Source: Gammaproteobacteria bacterium
GTDB lineage: Bacteria; Pseudomonadota; Gammaproteobacteria; Thiohalobacterales; Thiohalobacteraceae
Assembly (NCBI GenBank): GCA_002699185.1
Contig: PABG01000083.1
Location: forward strand, 696 to 64,695
DNA length: 64,000 nt
Direction: 5' to 3'
Positions 48,907 to 61,100 of this stretch are shown here, piece by piece (positions within the stretch are counted from its first letter, which is position 1; every line of letters begins with the position of its first letter). The notes under the pieces are model-generated. The model was not told the DNA's origin. It did not search any database and saw only the letters and a program-made list of their open reading frames with translations. Position numbers and translations under genes: made by a program.

Positions 48907-49326
48907 TCAGATCTCCTTTGCAATGTAATCGGGCAGGGCCCGGGGCCGGAAACTGCCGGCATCCAGACAGGCGATGCGAACCCTTCCCGTGCACAGCGGG
49001 TCATTATGCCTGCCCGCCTCAAGTACCTGCTGCTCGAACTCCAGGCTGGCCCGGCCTGCGGACACGACCTGTGCACTGACCTCCAGTTCCATGTTGAAAC
49101 GCGCCGGGCGCAGATACTCGATGTTCACGGAACGTACTGCAAAGATGATGCCCGCCTCGCGCTGAAGCCGGTCCTGCTCGAACCCCAGGCTGCGCAGGTA
49201 CTCGGTGCGCGCGCGTTCCATGAACCGGAGATAATTGGCGTAATAGACGACACCGCCGCTGTCGGTGTCCTCGTAGTAGACGCGCACCGGCCAGTAGAAC
49301 ACGGCTTGTGTTGTTCGCTGCTCCAT
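48907..49326 (-). CDS. ybgC: Tol-Pal-associated acyl-CoA thioesterase
   Basis: RVYYEDTDSGGVVYYANYL. Confidence 0.94.
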   Translation of the reverse strand: MEQRTTQAVFYWPVRVYYEDTDSGGVVYYANYLRFMERARTEYLRSLGFEQDRLQREAGIIFAVRSVNIEYLRPARFNMELEVSAQVVSAGRASLEFEQQVLEAGRHNDPLCTGRVRIACLDAGSFRPRALPDYIAKEI

Positions 49327-49377
49327 CAGACAGATGTTATTCCACGAAATTCCAAGACATGCGATATTATTTCAACT

Positions 49378-49519
49378 GTCATTGCGAGGAACGCAGTGAC
49401 GAAGCAATCTCTGGAATCATGCAGCCATCGTGACGAGATTGCCGCGCCGCATTGCCCATAGAACCCCTTCGGGCTTCATTATGGGTACCCCACCCTTCGG
49501 GTCTGGGCATCGCAATGAC
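49378..49519. repeat. GTCATTGCGAG-family palindrome, copy 3, with an internal 55-bp hairpin cassette
   Basis: Same termini as copies 1 and 2; insert at 49455-49509. Confidence 0.85.
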
Positions 49520-49528
49520 GACTACTCA

Positions 49529-50587
49529 TCACGCCGGATCGTCGAACAGCGACAGCGAGGCCTCGGCCATGGCGGTCAGGGATTCCGGCGGGGTGATGCC
49601 GAAATGCAGATAGGCATGACGTGTGGCGATCCGGCCCCGCGCGGTGCGCATCATGAAGCCCTGCTGGATCAGGTAGGGCTCGATCACATCCTCCAGGGTG
49701 CCGCGTTCCTCTCCAATGGCCGCCGCCAGGCTGTCGATGCCGACGGGGCCGCCGTCGAACTTCTCGATCAACGCACCGAGCAGCTTGCGGTCCATGATAT
49801 CGAAACCGTGGCTGTCCACGTTGAGCAGTTCCATCGCCTGCTGCGCCACCGCGGCATCGACCCGTCCCTGCGCCTTGACCTGGGCGTAGTCGCGTACCCG
49901 CCGCAGCAGCCGGTTGGCAATGCGCGGGGTACCGCGCGAGCGCCGGGCCACTTCCTCGGCGCCGGCCGGATCCATATCCACGCCCAGGATGCCGGCCGAA
50001 CGCTGCACGATGCGGGTCAGGTCCGCAATGCTATAGAACTCCAGCCGCTGCACAATGCCGAACCGGTCACGCAATGGTGAAGTCAAAAGCCCGGCGCGGG
50101 TGGTCGCGCCGACCAGGGTGAAGGGCGGCAGGTCCAGCTTGATGGAACGCGCCGCCGGCCCCTCGCCGATCATGATGTCGAGCTGATAGTCCTCCATGGC
50201 CGGGTACAGCACCTCCTCGACCACGGGACTGAGACGGTGGATCTCGTCCACGAACAGGACGTCATGCGGTTCCAGGTTGGTCAGCAGCGCGGCCAGGTCG
50301 CCGGGCTTTTCCAGCACCGGGCCGGAGGTGTGGCGCAGGTTCACATCCAGTTCGGCGGCGATGATGTGGGCCAGGGTGGTCTTGCCCAGCCCGGGTGGAC
50401 CGAAGATGAGCACATGGTCCAGCGCCTCGCCGCGGCCACGCGCCGCGCCAATGAAGATCTCCATCTGTTCCCGCACCTGGGGCTGGCCGACATAATCGGT
50501 CAGGCGGTGGGGCCGGATGGCGCGGTCGATGCGCGCCTCCTCGGGGGAGTCCACGGCGGGTGAAATGATGCGGTCGGTGTCGGTCAT
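49529..50587 (-). CDS. ruvB: Holliday junction helicase RuvB
   Basis: [27 protein letters not shown]. Confidence 0.98.
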   Translation of the reverse strand: MTDTDRIISPAVDSPEEARIDRAIRPHRLTDYVGQPQVREQMEIFIGAARGRGEALDHVLIFGPPGLGKTTLAHIIAAELDVNLRHTSGPVLEKPGDLAALLTNLEPHDVLFVDEIHRLSPVVEEVLYPAMEDYQLDIMIGEGPAARSIKLDLPPFTLVGATTRAGLLTSPLRDRFGIVQRLEFYSIADLTRIVQRSAGILGVDMDPAGAEEVARRSRGTPRIANRLLRRVRDYAQVKAQGRVDAAVAQQAMELLNVDSHGFDIMDRKLLGALIEKFDGGPVGIDSLAAAIGEERGTLEDVIEPYLIQQGFMMRTARGRIATRHAYLHFGITPPESLTAMAEASLSLFDDPA

Positions 50588-50689
50588 AGAGGTCCGGTTT
50601 CAGGCTCCCGGCACGATAGCGTGCCCGGGGCAGGCTGACAAGCGATGGCAACAAAGGCTAAAACATGCCGTCATCCCGACACGTAATGC

Positions 50690-50769
50690 GTAGGTCGGGT
50701 TAGCCCGGAGGGCGTAACCCGACATTGTCCGCCAGACCTGTCGGGTTACGCTGCGCTAACCCGACCTAC
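50690..50769. repeat. GTAG-family REP doublet (GTAGGTCGGGTTAGC type)
   Basis: Inverted pair as at 25382. Confidence 0.88.
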
Positions 50770-50799
50770 GGTTGGCCTTAATCGATCCTGGCGCATTCA

Positions 50800-51408
50800 T
50801 CACTTCTGAGTCGTGGCCCGCAGCGCCTGGCGTATGATCTCCTCGGCCGGCAGGTCGCCGGCCTCGATGGCGCGCACCATGCGGCTGGCCTCGGGCGGCT
50901 TGTAGCCCAGGGCAATCAGGGCGCTGACCGCCTCTTCCACCGGCCCGGCCGGGACCGGGGCCAGGCCCGCCTCGCCGCCGCCGGCCGCCCCGGGCGCAGC
51001 ACCGAAATCCTTCAACCGGTCGCCCAACTCGACCAGCAGCCGCTCGGCGGTCTTCCTGCCGATGCCGGGCACCCGGGTCAGGGCCGCGGCATCCCGGTCA
51101 TTGACGCAGCTGATCAACTCGCTGAGCGTCATGCCGGACATGATCGCCAGCGCCAGCCGCGGGCCGACGCCATTGATGCGGATCAGATGGCGGAACAGGT
51201 CGCGCTCGGCCCGGCGGCTGAAACCGAACAGGATCTGGGCATCCTCGCGCACCACCAGGTGGGTGTGCAGGGTGACCTCGCTGCCGATCCCGGGCAGGGC
51301 GTAGAAGGTGGTCATGGGCGCCTCGACCTCGTAGCCCACCCCGTGGACATCCAGCAGCAGCTGGGGCGGCTGTTTGGCGAGCAGCTGGCCGTGCAGGCGT
51401 CCGATCAT
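50800..51408 (-). CDS. ruvA: RuvA
   Basis: [32 protein letters not shown]. Confidence 0.97.
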   Translation of the reverse strand: MIGRLHGQLLAKQPPQLLLDVHGVGYEVEAPMTTFYALPGIGSEVTLHTHLVVREDAQILFGFSRRAERDLFRHLIRINGVGPRLALAIMSGMTLSELISCVNDRDAAALTRVPGIGRKTAERLLVELGDRLKDFGAAPGAAGGGEAGLAPVPAGPVEEAVSALIALGYKPPEASRMVRAIEAGDLPAEEIIRQALRATTQK

Positions 51409-51920
51409 CGCAATCTCCCGCCGCGTGCCCCCGCGGCGCCGGGGATCCGCCCCAGGGTGGCGCTGACATGGTGATGGCAGATGGCAATGGCGAGCGCATC
51501 GGCCTGATCGGCCTGCAGCGGCGCGGGCAGATTCAGCAGCAGCCCGACCATGTGCTGGACCTGCTCCTTGGCCGCGCCGCCGCGCCCGACCAGGGCCTGC
51601 TTGACCTCGCGCGGGCTGTATTCGGCCACCGGCACCTCGGCCTGCAGGGCGCCGCAGATGGCCGCACCGCGGGCCTGGCCCAGCTTCAGCGCCGAGTCGG
51701 CATTGCGGGAGACGAACACCTGCTCAATGGCTACGGCCTCGGGCGCATAGTCCTGCACCAACTCACGGATGCCGAGAAAGATGGCGCGCAGCCGGGCGGG
51801 AAAATCCTCACCCTGGATGCGCAGGAAGCCGCTGTGCACATGGCGCATGCGGTTGCCCTCGGCGTCGATGAGGCCGAAGCCGGTCTGGCGGGAGCCGGGA
51901 TCGATGCCGAGGATGCGCAT
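51405..51920 (-). CDS. ruvC: Holliday junction resolvase RuvC
   Basis: [29 protein letters not shown]. Confidence 0.97.
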   Translation of the reverse strand: MRILGIDPGSRQTGFGLIDAEGNRMRHVHSGFLRIQGEDFPARLRAIFLGIRELVQDYAPEAVAIEQVFVSRNADSALKLGQARGAAICGALQAEVPVAEYSPREVKQALVGRGGAAKEQVQHMVGLLLNLPAPLQADQADALAIAICHHHVSATLGRIPGAAGARGGRLR

Positions 51921-51930
51921 GGGGCGATGT

Positions 51931-52686
51931 TCAGGAGGCCAGCCGGTCCAGCACCTCGTCCGGGAAATCGGCGTTGGTGTAGACCTCCTGCACATCGTCC
52001 AGATCATCCAGCATGTCGATCATGCGCAGCACCGTTTCGGCGGTGTCGGCATCCACGGCGCTGAGGGTCTCGGGACGCATGGTGACCTCGGCGTTGTCGG
52101 GCCTCAGCCCGGCCGCCTCGATGGCATCCTTGACCCGCTGATACTCCTCCGGCGAGGTCAGCACCTCGATGGAACCGTCCTCGTTGGTCACCACATCGTC
52201 GGCCTCGGCCTCCAGCGCGGCCTCCATGACCGCATCCTCATCGACGTTCTCGTAGAAGCTGATCACACCGGTCTTGTTGAACAGGTAGGCCACCGAGCCG
52301 TCGGTGCCGAGGTTGCCGCCGAGTTTGGTGAAGGCATGGCGCACCTCGGAGACGGTGCGGTTGCGGTTGTCGGTCAGGCAGTCGACCATGATGGCCACGC
52401 CGCCGGGGCCGTAGCCCTCGTAGCGCACCTCCTCGTAGCTGGCGCCGTCGTCCAGCTCACCGGCGCCGCGTTTGCAGGCCTTCTCGATGGTATCCTTGGG
52501 GATATTGGCACCCAGCGCCTTGTCCACGGCCAGCCGCAGCCGCGGGTGGGTGCCGGGGTCGGAGGTCTTGCCCTCACGCGCCGCGACCGTGACCTCGCGG
52601 ATGAGCTTGGTCCAGACCTTGCCGCGCTTCTTGTCGTTCGCGGCCTTCTTGTGCTTGATGTTGGCCCACTTGCTGTGCCCTGCCAT
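51931..52686 (-). CDS. yebC: YebC/PmpR-family protein
   Basis: [27 protein letters not shown]. Confidence 0.97.
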   Translation of the reverse strand: MAGHSKWANIKHKKAANDKKRGKVWTKLIREVTVAAREGKTSDPGTHPRLRLAVDKALGANIPKDTIEKACKRGAGELDDGASYEEVRYEGYGPGGVAIMVDCLTDNRNRTVSEVRHAFTKLGGNLGTDGSVAYLFNKTGVISFYENVDEDAVMEAALEAEADDVVTNEDGSIEVLTSPEEYQRVKDAIEAAGLRPDNAEVTMRPETLSAVDADTAETVLRMIDMLDDLDDVQEVYTNADFPDEVLDRLAS

Positions 52687-52794
52687 GACTGCCTCGTGCT
52701 GATTTCCCGGACATTTCAGATGCCGGGCATTCTAGCATGGACCGGGGCGGCAGCGGGACCGGACCGGCGGCGGACGCCGCCGGCCGGAAGGGGT

Positions 52795-54219
52795 TCAGAA
52801 GCGGTGGCTGTAGAGGAACTGGAAGCTGGTCTGGCTGTGGCGCGAAATCACCCCGCCGCCGCTGGTCTCCTCCACCTCGGGCGCGTACTGCAGCGAGAAG
52901 TCGATGCCCTGAGCCCGGTTGAAGCGGTAGCCGAAACCGGCGGTATAGTGCTCTTCCACGATCGCCGGGAACAGGGCATTGAGGTAGGTATTCGGCACCG
53001 GATTGTCGGACAGGTTCGCCCCCGCGCGCAGCGTCAGCTTCGGACTCCAGCGCCAGGCGCCGCCGAACTGGTAGACCACCTGGTCGTCCCAGCGCTGGAA
53101 CAGGGACACGTCCATGCCCCTGCCGGCGAAGGCAGCGGCGCGCGGATCGCCCTGAACGGCGTCGGCGGTGAAGCTCATGTCGAAGCTGTCCATGGTGCCG
53201 GCCCACTCGATGCGCTTGATGTCGCCGGTGAAGAACCAGTTGTCGCTGGCCTGCCAGGCCGCCCCGATGCCGTAGATCTCCGGCCATTGGAAGTCGCGCA
53301 CCCTGACCTCGCCGCTGACCGGGATGGACTGGGCGGCACCCATCATTTCCACACCGAAGCTCACGTCGGCCCCGGAGGTCTTCATGTCGCTGAGCCGCGT
53401 CTCGCTGTGGTAGGTCGCGCCCACGCTCAGCCGATCATTGACTCTGAAAACGGCACCGAGCTTGCCGGCATAGCCGTAGCCGCGGGCCTGACCGGTGAAA
53501 TCACTGCCATTGCTGAAATCGAAGTAGGCATAATCGACCCGGGTGATGGCCCCGCTGCCGACGAAGCCGTTGAAGGTGGAGACCAGGCCGGTGCCGTCAT
53601 CGCCGGCGGTGCCGAAGTTCCGGGTGGTCACCAGATCGGTGAACTGGGCGCCGCTCATGGCCATTTTCAGGTCCAGCCCGGCCCAGACGAAGTCCAGGCT
53701 GCCACCGATGACCAGGCGCTCATTGACATCGAAGGCCAGCGGCAGGATGACCCGGCCCACGCTCAACTCGGTGCGGTTCTCCAGATTGGACTGGATGCCG
53801 ACACCGGCCGCCGGGTTGCCCAGGAAGGAGGCGGCATCGTACTCGGTGCCCATGCCGCCCTGGCCATAGACGCCGATACCGTAGGTGAGCCCGTTGTTCT
53901 TGCGCACCCAGCCGGCAGCGGGCATGGCATAGGCAGTGCCGTCGGACTGGGCCACCTGGCCGCCGGCCTCGGCCTCCACATCGGGGCCGAGGAAGCCGAA
54001 GAAGATGTCCAGCCGGTCACCGGACGGCATCAGGCCCAGGGTGGCCGGGTTGTTCATCATGGCGGCGGTGCCGTTGTCATAGGCAAACCCGGCCCCGCCC
54101 ATGGCCGAGGCGATGGGCCCGTAGCCTTCCATGTTCATGCCATTGGTGGACCAGGCCGCAGGGGAGAATGCCGCCGCCAGCGCGGTCGGCAGCAGGGCGC
54201 GCGCGAATCGCTTACTCAT
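52795..54219 (-). CDS. OmpP1/FadL/TodX-family outer-membrane channel
   Basis: Mature start TNGMNMEGYG..MGGAG, NNPATL, C-terminal YSHRF; GGAG RBS. Confidence 0.9.
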   Translation of the reverse strand: MSKRFARALLPTALAAAFSPAAWSTNGMNMEGYGPIASAMGGAGFAYDNGTAAMMNNPATLGLMPSGDRLDIFFGFLGPDVEAEAGGQVAQSDGTAYAMPAAGWVRKNNGLTYGIGVYGQGGMGTEYDAASFLGNPAAGVGIQSNLENRTELSVGRVILPLAFDVNERLVIGGSLDFVWAGLDLKMAMSGAQFTDLVTTRNFGTAGDDGTGLVSTFNGFVGSGAITRVDYAYFDFSNGSDFTGQARGYGYAGKLGAVFRVNDRLSVGATYHSETRLSDMKTSGADVSFGVEMMGAAQSIPVSGEVRVRDFQWPEIYGIGAAWQASDNWFFTGDIKRIEWAGTMDSFDMSFTADAVQGDPRAAAFAGRGMDVSLFQRWDDQVVYQFGGAWRWSPKLTLRAGANLSDNPVPNTYLNALFPAIVEEHYTAGFGYRFNRAQGIDFSLQYAPEVEETSGGGVISRHSQTSFQFLYSHRF

Positions 54220-54333
54220 TGATAACTCCAACTTTTATTTCACTTCGAGGGGGAGAACAGGCTCCATGAAGGACCCGGCCGCGGGACCGGGTCAGCCCTT
54301 CATCGGCGCCGGCCGGGCAAGCTTGAGGGGAAG

Positions 54334-54780
54334 TCAGGCCGGCTCAGCCGGACGCAGCAGCCGACGGATGGCGTCGCGATTGGTCACGGAACCCGCCCGC
54401 ACGGCGGCCTCCGCCGCCGGCAGCCAGCACCAGGCACGGTGCTCGGCGGGATTGAGCCGGATCGGCGGCGGCGTCGCATAGCAGACGGCGAAGACATACT
54501 CGCGGTTCTCGCTCACCTCCGGGGCATAGCGCTCGCGCCAGGGCGGCAGAATGGGGAACCGGCTCTGCAGGCGGCAGTCACACAACGCCGCACCCGGCGC
54601 CAGCCCGGTCTCCTCGCGCAGTTCGCGCAGGGCCGCGGCGGCGGCCGATTCCCCCCATTCCAGGCTGCCGGTGACCGACTGCCAGAAGCCGGGCGGTTCG
54701 AGACGTTCCAGCAACAGCACCTCCCCGACGGCGGTGTGCACCAGTACCAGGACGGATTCGGGACGTTTCCAGTCGGACAT
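54334..54780 (-). CDS. nudB: Dihydroneopterin triphosphate diphosphatase
   Basis: KRPESVLV, FWQSVTGSLE, Nudix box RELREETGL. Confidence 0.92.
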   Translation of the reverse strand: MSDWKRPESVLVLVHTAVGEVLLLERLEPPGFWQSVTGSLEWGESAAAAALRELREETGLAPGAALCDCRLQSRFPILPPWRERYAPEVSENREYVFAVCYATPPPIRLNPAEHRAWCWLPAAEAAVRAGSVTNRDAIRRLLRPAEPA

Positions 54781-54857
54781 ATCAATACACGGGAATCGAG
54801 GCCGATAGACAGAATAGCTTGCCAAATGTGCGCCTTTACAAACAGAATTTCCCGGTA

Positions 54858-55445
54858 ATGAAACTGCGACTGCAAATCCCGAGGCTCGTCCTCCTGCTGA
54901 TACTGGCATTCAGTCAGGCGGCCCAGGCTGCGACCCAGGCCCGGCCAGATGCCGAGATGCGCAGCCATCTGACCCGGGCCATCGCCAGTGCCGAGAGCTT
55001 CGAGGACCGCTTCGAGGCCGAGGTCTGGCTGTCGGACATGTCCAGCCGCCTGCAGCGACGCTGGCAGGATGTCCCGCCCGCAGAACGGCTGGATATCCTC
55101 AGAATTGCTCACCAGGAGGCCACCCGGGCCGAACTTCCCCCGGAACTGGTGCTGGCCGTGATCCAGGTCGAGAGCAACTTCGACCGCTTCGCCATCTCCC
55201 ATGCCGGCGCCCGCGGCCTGATGCAGGTCATGCCCTTCTGGCTGGAGGAACTCGGCAGGCCGGAGGACAATCTGTTCCAGATCCGCACCAACATCCGCTA
55301 CGGCTGTGCCATCCTGAAACACTATCTGGAGCGCGAGCGCGGGAACCTGCAGCGGGCACTGGCCCGCTACAACGGCAGCCTGGGCCAGACCTGGTACCCC
55401 GACCGGGTGTTCCGGGCACTGAACCGGCACTGGTTCCGCAACTGA
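54858..55445 (+). CDS. SLT-domain lytic transglycosylase
   Basis: AVIQVESNF, GARGLMQVMP, ALARYNG. Confidence 0.9.
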   Translation: MKLRLQIPRLVLLLILAFSQAAQAATQARPDAEMRSHLTRAIASAESFEDRFEAEVWLSDMSSRLQRRWQDVPPAERLDILRIAHQEATRAELPPELVLAVIQVESNFDRFAISHAGARGLMQVMPFWLEELGRPEDNLFQIRTNIRYGCAILKHYLERERGNLQRALARYNGSLGQTWYPDRVFRALNRHWFRN

Positions 55446-55548
55446 TCCCGGCCGGATCCGGCCGCTTTCCGCTCCGATCTCCGGCAGCACCGGCTTCCCC
55501 CCAGGGCCTGCCGATCCATTTATCCCTGCAGCCGATTCCGGCAAACCC

Positions 55549-55590
55549 ATTGCCTTAACGCAATCGGTTCTATTCGATTTATCGATTATT
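55549..55590 (+). promoter_or_regulatory. Possible LysR-type operator upstream of the DAB operon
   Basis: ATTGC-N6-GCAAT followed by TCGAT-TT-ATCGA dyad in an AT-rich patch. Confidence 0.4.
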
Positions 55591-55757
55591 TGCCAACTCA
55601 TCCACCCCGTAGACTCCCAGGGAAGCCTATGCGTGGCTCACGGATCCGAACCACCGTTCATAAATTCGGAGGCAAGGCAGGCCCAGCGAAATATAACAAG
55701 GGATGCCGCCGCAGCATGGCACCGCTTGCCACCCCTGACGGAAGTTGATGCAGGCTT

Positions 55758-57440
55758 ATGGAACGACTCATCGTCCTGGTCGCAGCCCTGCCGCTGGGTT
55801 CCGCCCTGTTGATTCAACTGCTGCCCCACCACCCCGGGTGGCGGGCCGCCCGGGTGAGCGTGGCCTGCACCACCCTGAGTTTCCTGGCCGCCGCCGCCAT
55901 GCTGTGGCTGGCACTGACCGGCGGGGACTCCGTCGCCCTCGCCCTCCCGGGCACCGCCTGGGGCAGCCTGCTGTTCGATCCGCTCAGCACCCTGATGATG
56001 CTGGTCATCGCCGGGATCAGTCTGATCGTGCATGTCTACTCGGTACGCTACATGGCCGAGGAACCGGGCTATGCCCGCTTCTTCCTGCTGCTCGACCTGA
56101 TGACCGCCGCGCTGCTGGTCATGGTCGCCGCCGGCGATCTGATCACTCTGCTGATCGCCTGGCACCTGGTCGGGGTACTGCTCTACTTCCTGCTCGGCCA
56201 TGACACCCGCAGCCGTCCCGCCTGGCGCTACAGTTTCTGGACCCTGCTGACCTACCGCATCGGCGACCTGCCGCTGGTCCTGGCGGCCGGCCTGCTCCAT
56301 CACGCCTACGGCACCTGGTCGCTGCCGGTGTTGTTCGCGCGCATTACGGCCGATCCCGGCAGCCACTATTTTCTCGGCATGGAACTGCTGGACGTGGTCG
56401 GTGCGCTGATCGCGCTGGCGGCGTTCGCGCGCTCGGCCCAGTTCCTGCTCCACACCTGGCTGCCCTATACCATGGACGGCCCGACGCCGGTGTCGGCCCT
56501 GATGCATGCGGGCATCGTCAATGCCGGCGGCTTTCTCATCAACCGCTTCGCCCCGGTGTTCATCCACACCGGCGGCGTGCTGCACTGGATCTTCCTGGTC
56601 GGGCTGGTGACCGCGGTCATCGGCTCGGTGCTGATGCTGACCCAGAACGACATCAAGAAATCGCTGGGCTACTCGACCATGGGCCAGATGGGCTTCATGA
56701 TCATGGAATGCGGTGTCGGCGCCTTCTCGCTGGCCATCTACCACCTGATCGCCCACGGCCTGTTCAAGGGCACCCTGTTCCTCGGCGCCGGTGGCGTCAT
56801 CCACGCCGCGCGTCACGACGACGGCGTGCCCAAGGACGACCTCTACACCTTCGTGGTGGAACGCCGTCCGGCCCGGCAGCGCAAGCCCTGGCTGCTGATG
56901 GCGGCCATCACCCTGGCTGTGCCGGTCAGCATCCTGGTGGTCGCTCACCTGCTGATCGCGCAGGACTACTTCCAGAAACAGGGGGCAATCGTGCTGCTGT
57001 TCTTCGGCTGGGTCACCGGCGCGCAGCTGATCTTCGCCACCTACCGCATGCGCAGCCAGAACCTGTGGCGGCTGGTGGGCCTGAGCGTGTTCTCCTTCAC
57101 GGTGGTGGTCGTGGGCTACACCCTGATCAGCCACGCCTTCGACCTGTTCCTGTACCCCGACCCGGCCTTCCGCCGGCAGATCTATGCCGCCGCCGATATC
57201 GACCTGCTGCGCTTTGACATCCTGGTGGGCATCGTCACCGCGGTGATCGTGCTCGGCTGGCTGCTCACCTACTATGCCGAACGCAACGGCGGCCGCCGGC
57301 AGCGCCGCACCGGCCGCGGCTGGCTGGTCTTCTATGCCCTGGTCTCGCGCGAGTTCTACCTGGCCGATATCTACGCCTCGCTGACCCGCGGCCTGCTGCA
57401 GGCCGCGGCCCGGCTGAACGTCTGGCTGAGGTGGGCCTGA
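55758..57440 (+). CDS. dabB: DAB inorganic carbon pump membrane subunit (NuoL/ND5-like)
   Basis: SAQFLLHTWLPYTMDGPTPVSALMHAG, YSTMGQMG, AHGLFKGTLF; no other nuo genes; upstream of DUF2309. Confidence 0.88.
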   Translation: MERLIVLVAALPLGSALLIQLLPHHPGWRAARVSVACTTLSFLAAAAMLWLALTGGDSVALALPGTAWGSLLFDPLSTLMMLVIAGISLIVHVYSVRYMAEEPGYARFFLLLDLMTAALLVMVAAGDLITLLIAWHLVGVLLYFLLGHDTRSRPAWRYSFWTLLTYRIGDLPLVLAAGLLHHAYGTWSLPVLFARITADPGSHYFLGMELLDVVGALIALAAFARSAQFLLHTWLPYTMDGPTPVSALMHAGIVNAGGFLINRFAPVFIHTGGVLHWIFLVGLVTAVIGSVLMLTQNDIKKSLGYSTMGQMGFMIMECGVGAFSLAIYHLIAHGLFKGTLFLGAGGVIHAARHDDGVPKDDLYTFVVERRPARQRKPWLLMAAITLAVPVSILVVAHLLIAQDYFQKQGAIVLLFFGWVTGAQLIFATYRMRSQNLWRLVGLSVFSFTVVVVGYTLISHAFDLFLYPDPAFRRQIYAAADIDLLRFDILVGIVTAVIVLGWLLTYYAERNGGRRQRRTGRGWLVFYALVSREFYLADIYASLTRGLLQAAARLNVWLRWA

Positions 57441-57441
57441 C

Positions 57442-58197
57442 ATGGATGCCGCGATCTACCTGCTTGCCGGTCTGTTCCTGCCGCTGTTTCCGCTCAGCAT
57501 GGCATTCAACCTCCTGTTGCGGCGCCTGCGCCGGCCCGCGCCGCGCACCCTGCTCCTGCTCGCCTGGCCGCAGATCGGCCTGGCGCTGGCGGCCACGGCG
57601 GCGTCGCCGCCGCCCGACTGGCTGCTCTACTGGGCGCTGCTGACCTCGGCCCTGTATGCCTTCCGGGCCCTGACCCTGCGCGAACTCGGGCTGTGGAACG
57701 GCTTTATCGCCAGCTCGCTGTGGGCGCTGCTGTGGCTGACCCTGGCACGTCCCGGCGCGGTACCCCCGGCGCTGCACGGGCTGGGGCTGAGCCTGCCCCT
57801 GGCGCTGCTGGGACTGCTCGGCGCCGGGCTGGAACAGCGTTTCGGCGCCGCCTATGCGGGCCTGCACGGCGGCCTGGCGCAGCGCCTGCCGCGCCTGAGC
57901 GGGGTGCTGGTGGTGGTGGTGCTGGCCGTCATCGCCATGCCCCTGTTCCCGCCCTTCTTCACCCTGCTGACCCTGACCCTCGCCACGGCCGCGGCCGCTC
58001 CGGCCATGGCCCTGGCCCTGGTCGCTGTCTGGCTGCTGTGGAGTTGGGCGGCGGCACGCCTGCTGCAGGGACTGGTGGTCGGCCCCGGGGACAGACACGG
58101 GGCGGCAGACCTCAGCCGTACTGCCACCTGGGCCTACGCGGCCGTCCTCGGCCTGCTGGCCGGTGCCGGTCTGTACCTGCTCGGCGGTCTGGCATGA
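57442..58197 (+). CDS. Polytopic membrane protein, DAB accessory subunit
   Basis: Hydrophobic 251 aa; GGLAQRLPRLS..MPLFPPF resembles proton-antiporter modules; translationally coupled to both neighbours. Confidence 0.75.
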   Translation: MDAAIYLLAGLFLPLFPLSMAFNLLLRRLRRPAPRTLLLLAWPQIGLALAATAASPPPDWLLYWALLTSALYAFRALTLRELGLWNGFIASSLWALLWLTLARPGAVPPALHGLGLSLPLALLGLLGAGLEQRFGAAYAGLHGGLAQRLPRLSGVLVVVVLAVIAMPLFPPFFTLLTLTLATAAAAPAMALALVAVWLLWSWAAARLLQGLVVGPGDRHGAADLSRTATWAYAAVLGLLAGAGLYLLGGLA

Positions 58198-61100
58198 GTC
58201 TGTCGCTGGGACAGCGCCTGCGAATCCGGGCCATGACCTATGTGGCCGGCGAGCCCATTCCCTTTTTCTGGCCGATGCGCGCCTTCATCCACCACAACCC
58301 GTTGCACGGCCTGGAACATCTGCCCTTCGAAGAGGCCGTGGCGCAGGGCGCCCGACTGTTCCACTGCCGCTGCCAGCTGCCGCGACGCCAGTACCAGGCC
58401 TACCTGGCCGCGGGCAGGATCGACCGGGACCGGCTGCAGGCGGCGGTGACGGCCTTCGCCGCCGGGCGGGAGCCGATAGCGGGAATCGATCTGCAGGCCT
58501 GGCTCATGGCCCTGCTGACCCGGATCGAACAGCCGGTGACGGCGACCGACGCGCTGGCCGGACCGGCCGGGATCGCGGCCGCGCTCGCCGGTACCCGCCC
58601 CGCCCCGGAGGCAGACATCGATCCGACCGTGCTGGCCGGCCGGCTGCGCAGCACACTGCTGGGCGAGACCCCCGTCTACGAGGCCGTGGATGCCCTCTAC
58701 GGCACCGGCATCGGCGATGAACTGGACGAACTGGTGATCAAGAGCTGTCTGGACTTCTTCGACGAGGGCCAGTCGGTGTGGGGCATGCCGCTGCGCAGCC
58801 GCGGCTTCTTCGCTGCCTGGCGCGAGGTGGCAAGCCGCAACGTCCGGTTGTTCCTGCGTGGCATGCACATCAAACGCATCCTCGCCGTCGATGAAACCCC
58901 CGAGGGCGTGATCGATCACGTGATGCGGACCCTGGGGGTGGCGGAGCAGCACTGGAGCGCTTATTTCACCCGCGAACTGGCCCGGCTGCACGGCTGGGCC
59001 GGATTCATCCGCTGGCGTTCCAGCGCCCGCCATTATCACTGGAGCCAGCGCTATCCCGGTGATCTGGTCGACCTGCTGGCGGTACGTCTGACCCTGGCGC
59101 TGGCCCTGCTGCAGGAGCGCGGGCGCCGGTTCGGCGTCACCTCGGCCCCGGCGGTCCGGGAACTCATCGAGACCCGCACGCCGGAGGCCTGGCTGCGCCA
59201 TGAACTGCACACGGGCCGGATACTGCCCGACCAGGCCCAGCGGGTGGAGGAGACCCTGGCGCTGGGCGGCGCACGGCGGATCACGGCCGTGTTCGGCGAG
59301 TATGTGCGCCGCCAGCGCACCCGCGAGGCCGAACGCCAGGCGCAATCCCTGCGCCTGCTGGCCGGGCAGGCAGGCGCCACGCAGGCACTGCAACGGCTGG
59401 ACACCGGCCAGCTCGAGGCCCTGGTGCGGAGCCTGCGCGAGTTCGAACGCCGGGAGGGTATGCTGTGGCTGCGGGCCATGGAGGCGCACGCCATGCACAG
59501 GCTGCTCTCGGGGATACAGCTGGCACCGCCGCCGCCGCGCGACAAACGGCCCTTCGCGCAGGCGCTGTTCTGCATCGACACCCGCTCCGAGCGCATCCGG
59601 CGCCATCTGGAATCGGTCGGCGACTACCAGACCTTCGGCATCGCGGGCTTCTTCGGCGTCCCGGTCAGTTTCATGGAACTGGGCAAGGGCAGCGAAACCC
59701 ACCTGTGCCCGGTGCTGCTGACACCGAAGAACCTGGCACTGGAGATGAGCGTCGAGGCCCCGCGCGATCTGAACGCGGTCACCGCCATGGAGAAGGCGCT
59801 GCACGAGCTCAAGGAATCCGTGCTCAGTCCCTTCGTAACGGTCGAGGCCATCGGGCTGCTGTTCGGCTTCGACATGATCGGCAAGACCCTGCTGCCGCGG
59901 CACTACAACCGCTGGCGCAGCCAGCTGCACGAGCACAAGCCGCCGACCCACCTGCTGATCGACAAGCTCGACCGCGACCAGGCCGATTCCATCGTGCGCG
60001 CCGTCCAGCGCGCCGTGATCGTCAAGGCGGTGGAACAGGACTTCGAACTGACGGCCGAGCGCATCACCGACGACATGGTGCGGGAACTGCGCGAGGCCGC
60101 CCTGGGTCGGCAGCCGGGCGCGCCCGAACTGGCGCGCACCCTGGGGCTGGATACGGCCGCCGAGCAGGCCTTCATCCGGCGTCTGCGCGAGGTCTACCGC
60201 ATCGATCCCGCCTTCGCCCGGCTGCAGCTGGAACGGCTGGCCCGCATCGGTTTCTCGCTGGACGAGCAGACCGGCTTCGTCAGCCAGGCGCTGCGTTCGA
60301 TCGGGCTGACGCGGGATTTCTCCCGCTTCATCCTGCTGGTCGGCCATGGCAGTACCTCGGAAAACAACCCCTACGAGTCCGCGCTCGATTGCGGGGCCTG
60401 CGGCGGCAACCACGGCCTGGTCAACGCACGGGTACTGGCGCAGATGGCCAACAAGCCGGAGGTGCGCCGCCGTCTGCGCGCCCGGGGCATCGATATCGCC
60501 GAGGACGCCTGGTTCATCCCGGCCCTGCACAACACGACCACCGATGCCCTGGAGTTGCATGATCTCGACCGGCTGCCCTCGTCCCATGTGGTGTACCTGG
60601 ACCGGCTGCGCAACGGTCTGACCGCCGCCTCCCGGCTGTGCGCCCGGGAGCGCCTGCCCGAGTTGCAACCGCGCAGGGGCAGGCAGGCCGCGCAGCAGGC
60701 ACCGGCGGCGGCCTTCCGCGAGACCCGCCGCAACGCCATGGACTGGTCGCAGGTGCGGCCCGAATGGGGCCTGTCACGCAACGCCTATTTCGTCATCGGC
60801 CGCCGCGACCTGACCCGCGAACTGGCCCTGCAAGGCCGCGCCTTCCTGCACTCCTACGACTACCGCCTGGATCCGAAACGCCGGCTGCTGGAGAACATCC
60901 TCACCGGACCGCTGGTGGTGGGCCAGTGGATCAACATGGAGCATTACTTCTCCACGGTGGACAATGAATGCTTCGGCAGCGGCAGCAAGGTCTATCACAA
61001 CGTGGCCGGCCGCTTCGGGGTGATGACCGGCAACCTCAGCGACCTGCGCACCGGCCTGCCGGCCCAGACCGTGCTCGAACAGGGCCGGCCCTATCATCAG

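Noticed and set aside
55758-57440. NuoL of complex I or an Mrp antiporter subunit
   Set aside because: No other nuo or mrp genes; linkage to DUF2309 identifies it as DabB.
57693-58193. 167-aa N-terminal extension of DabA in the ORF track
   Set aside because: It overlaps the 57442-58197 membrane gene out of frame; the ATGA-coupled start at 58194 fits better. Starts were similarly trimmed for oxyR, bepA, dps, ruvC, nudB and otr.
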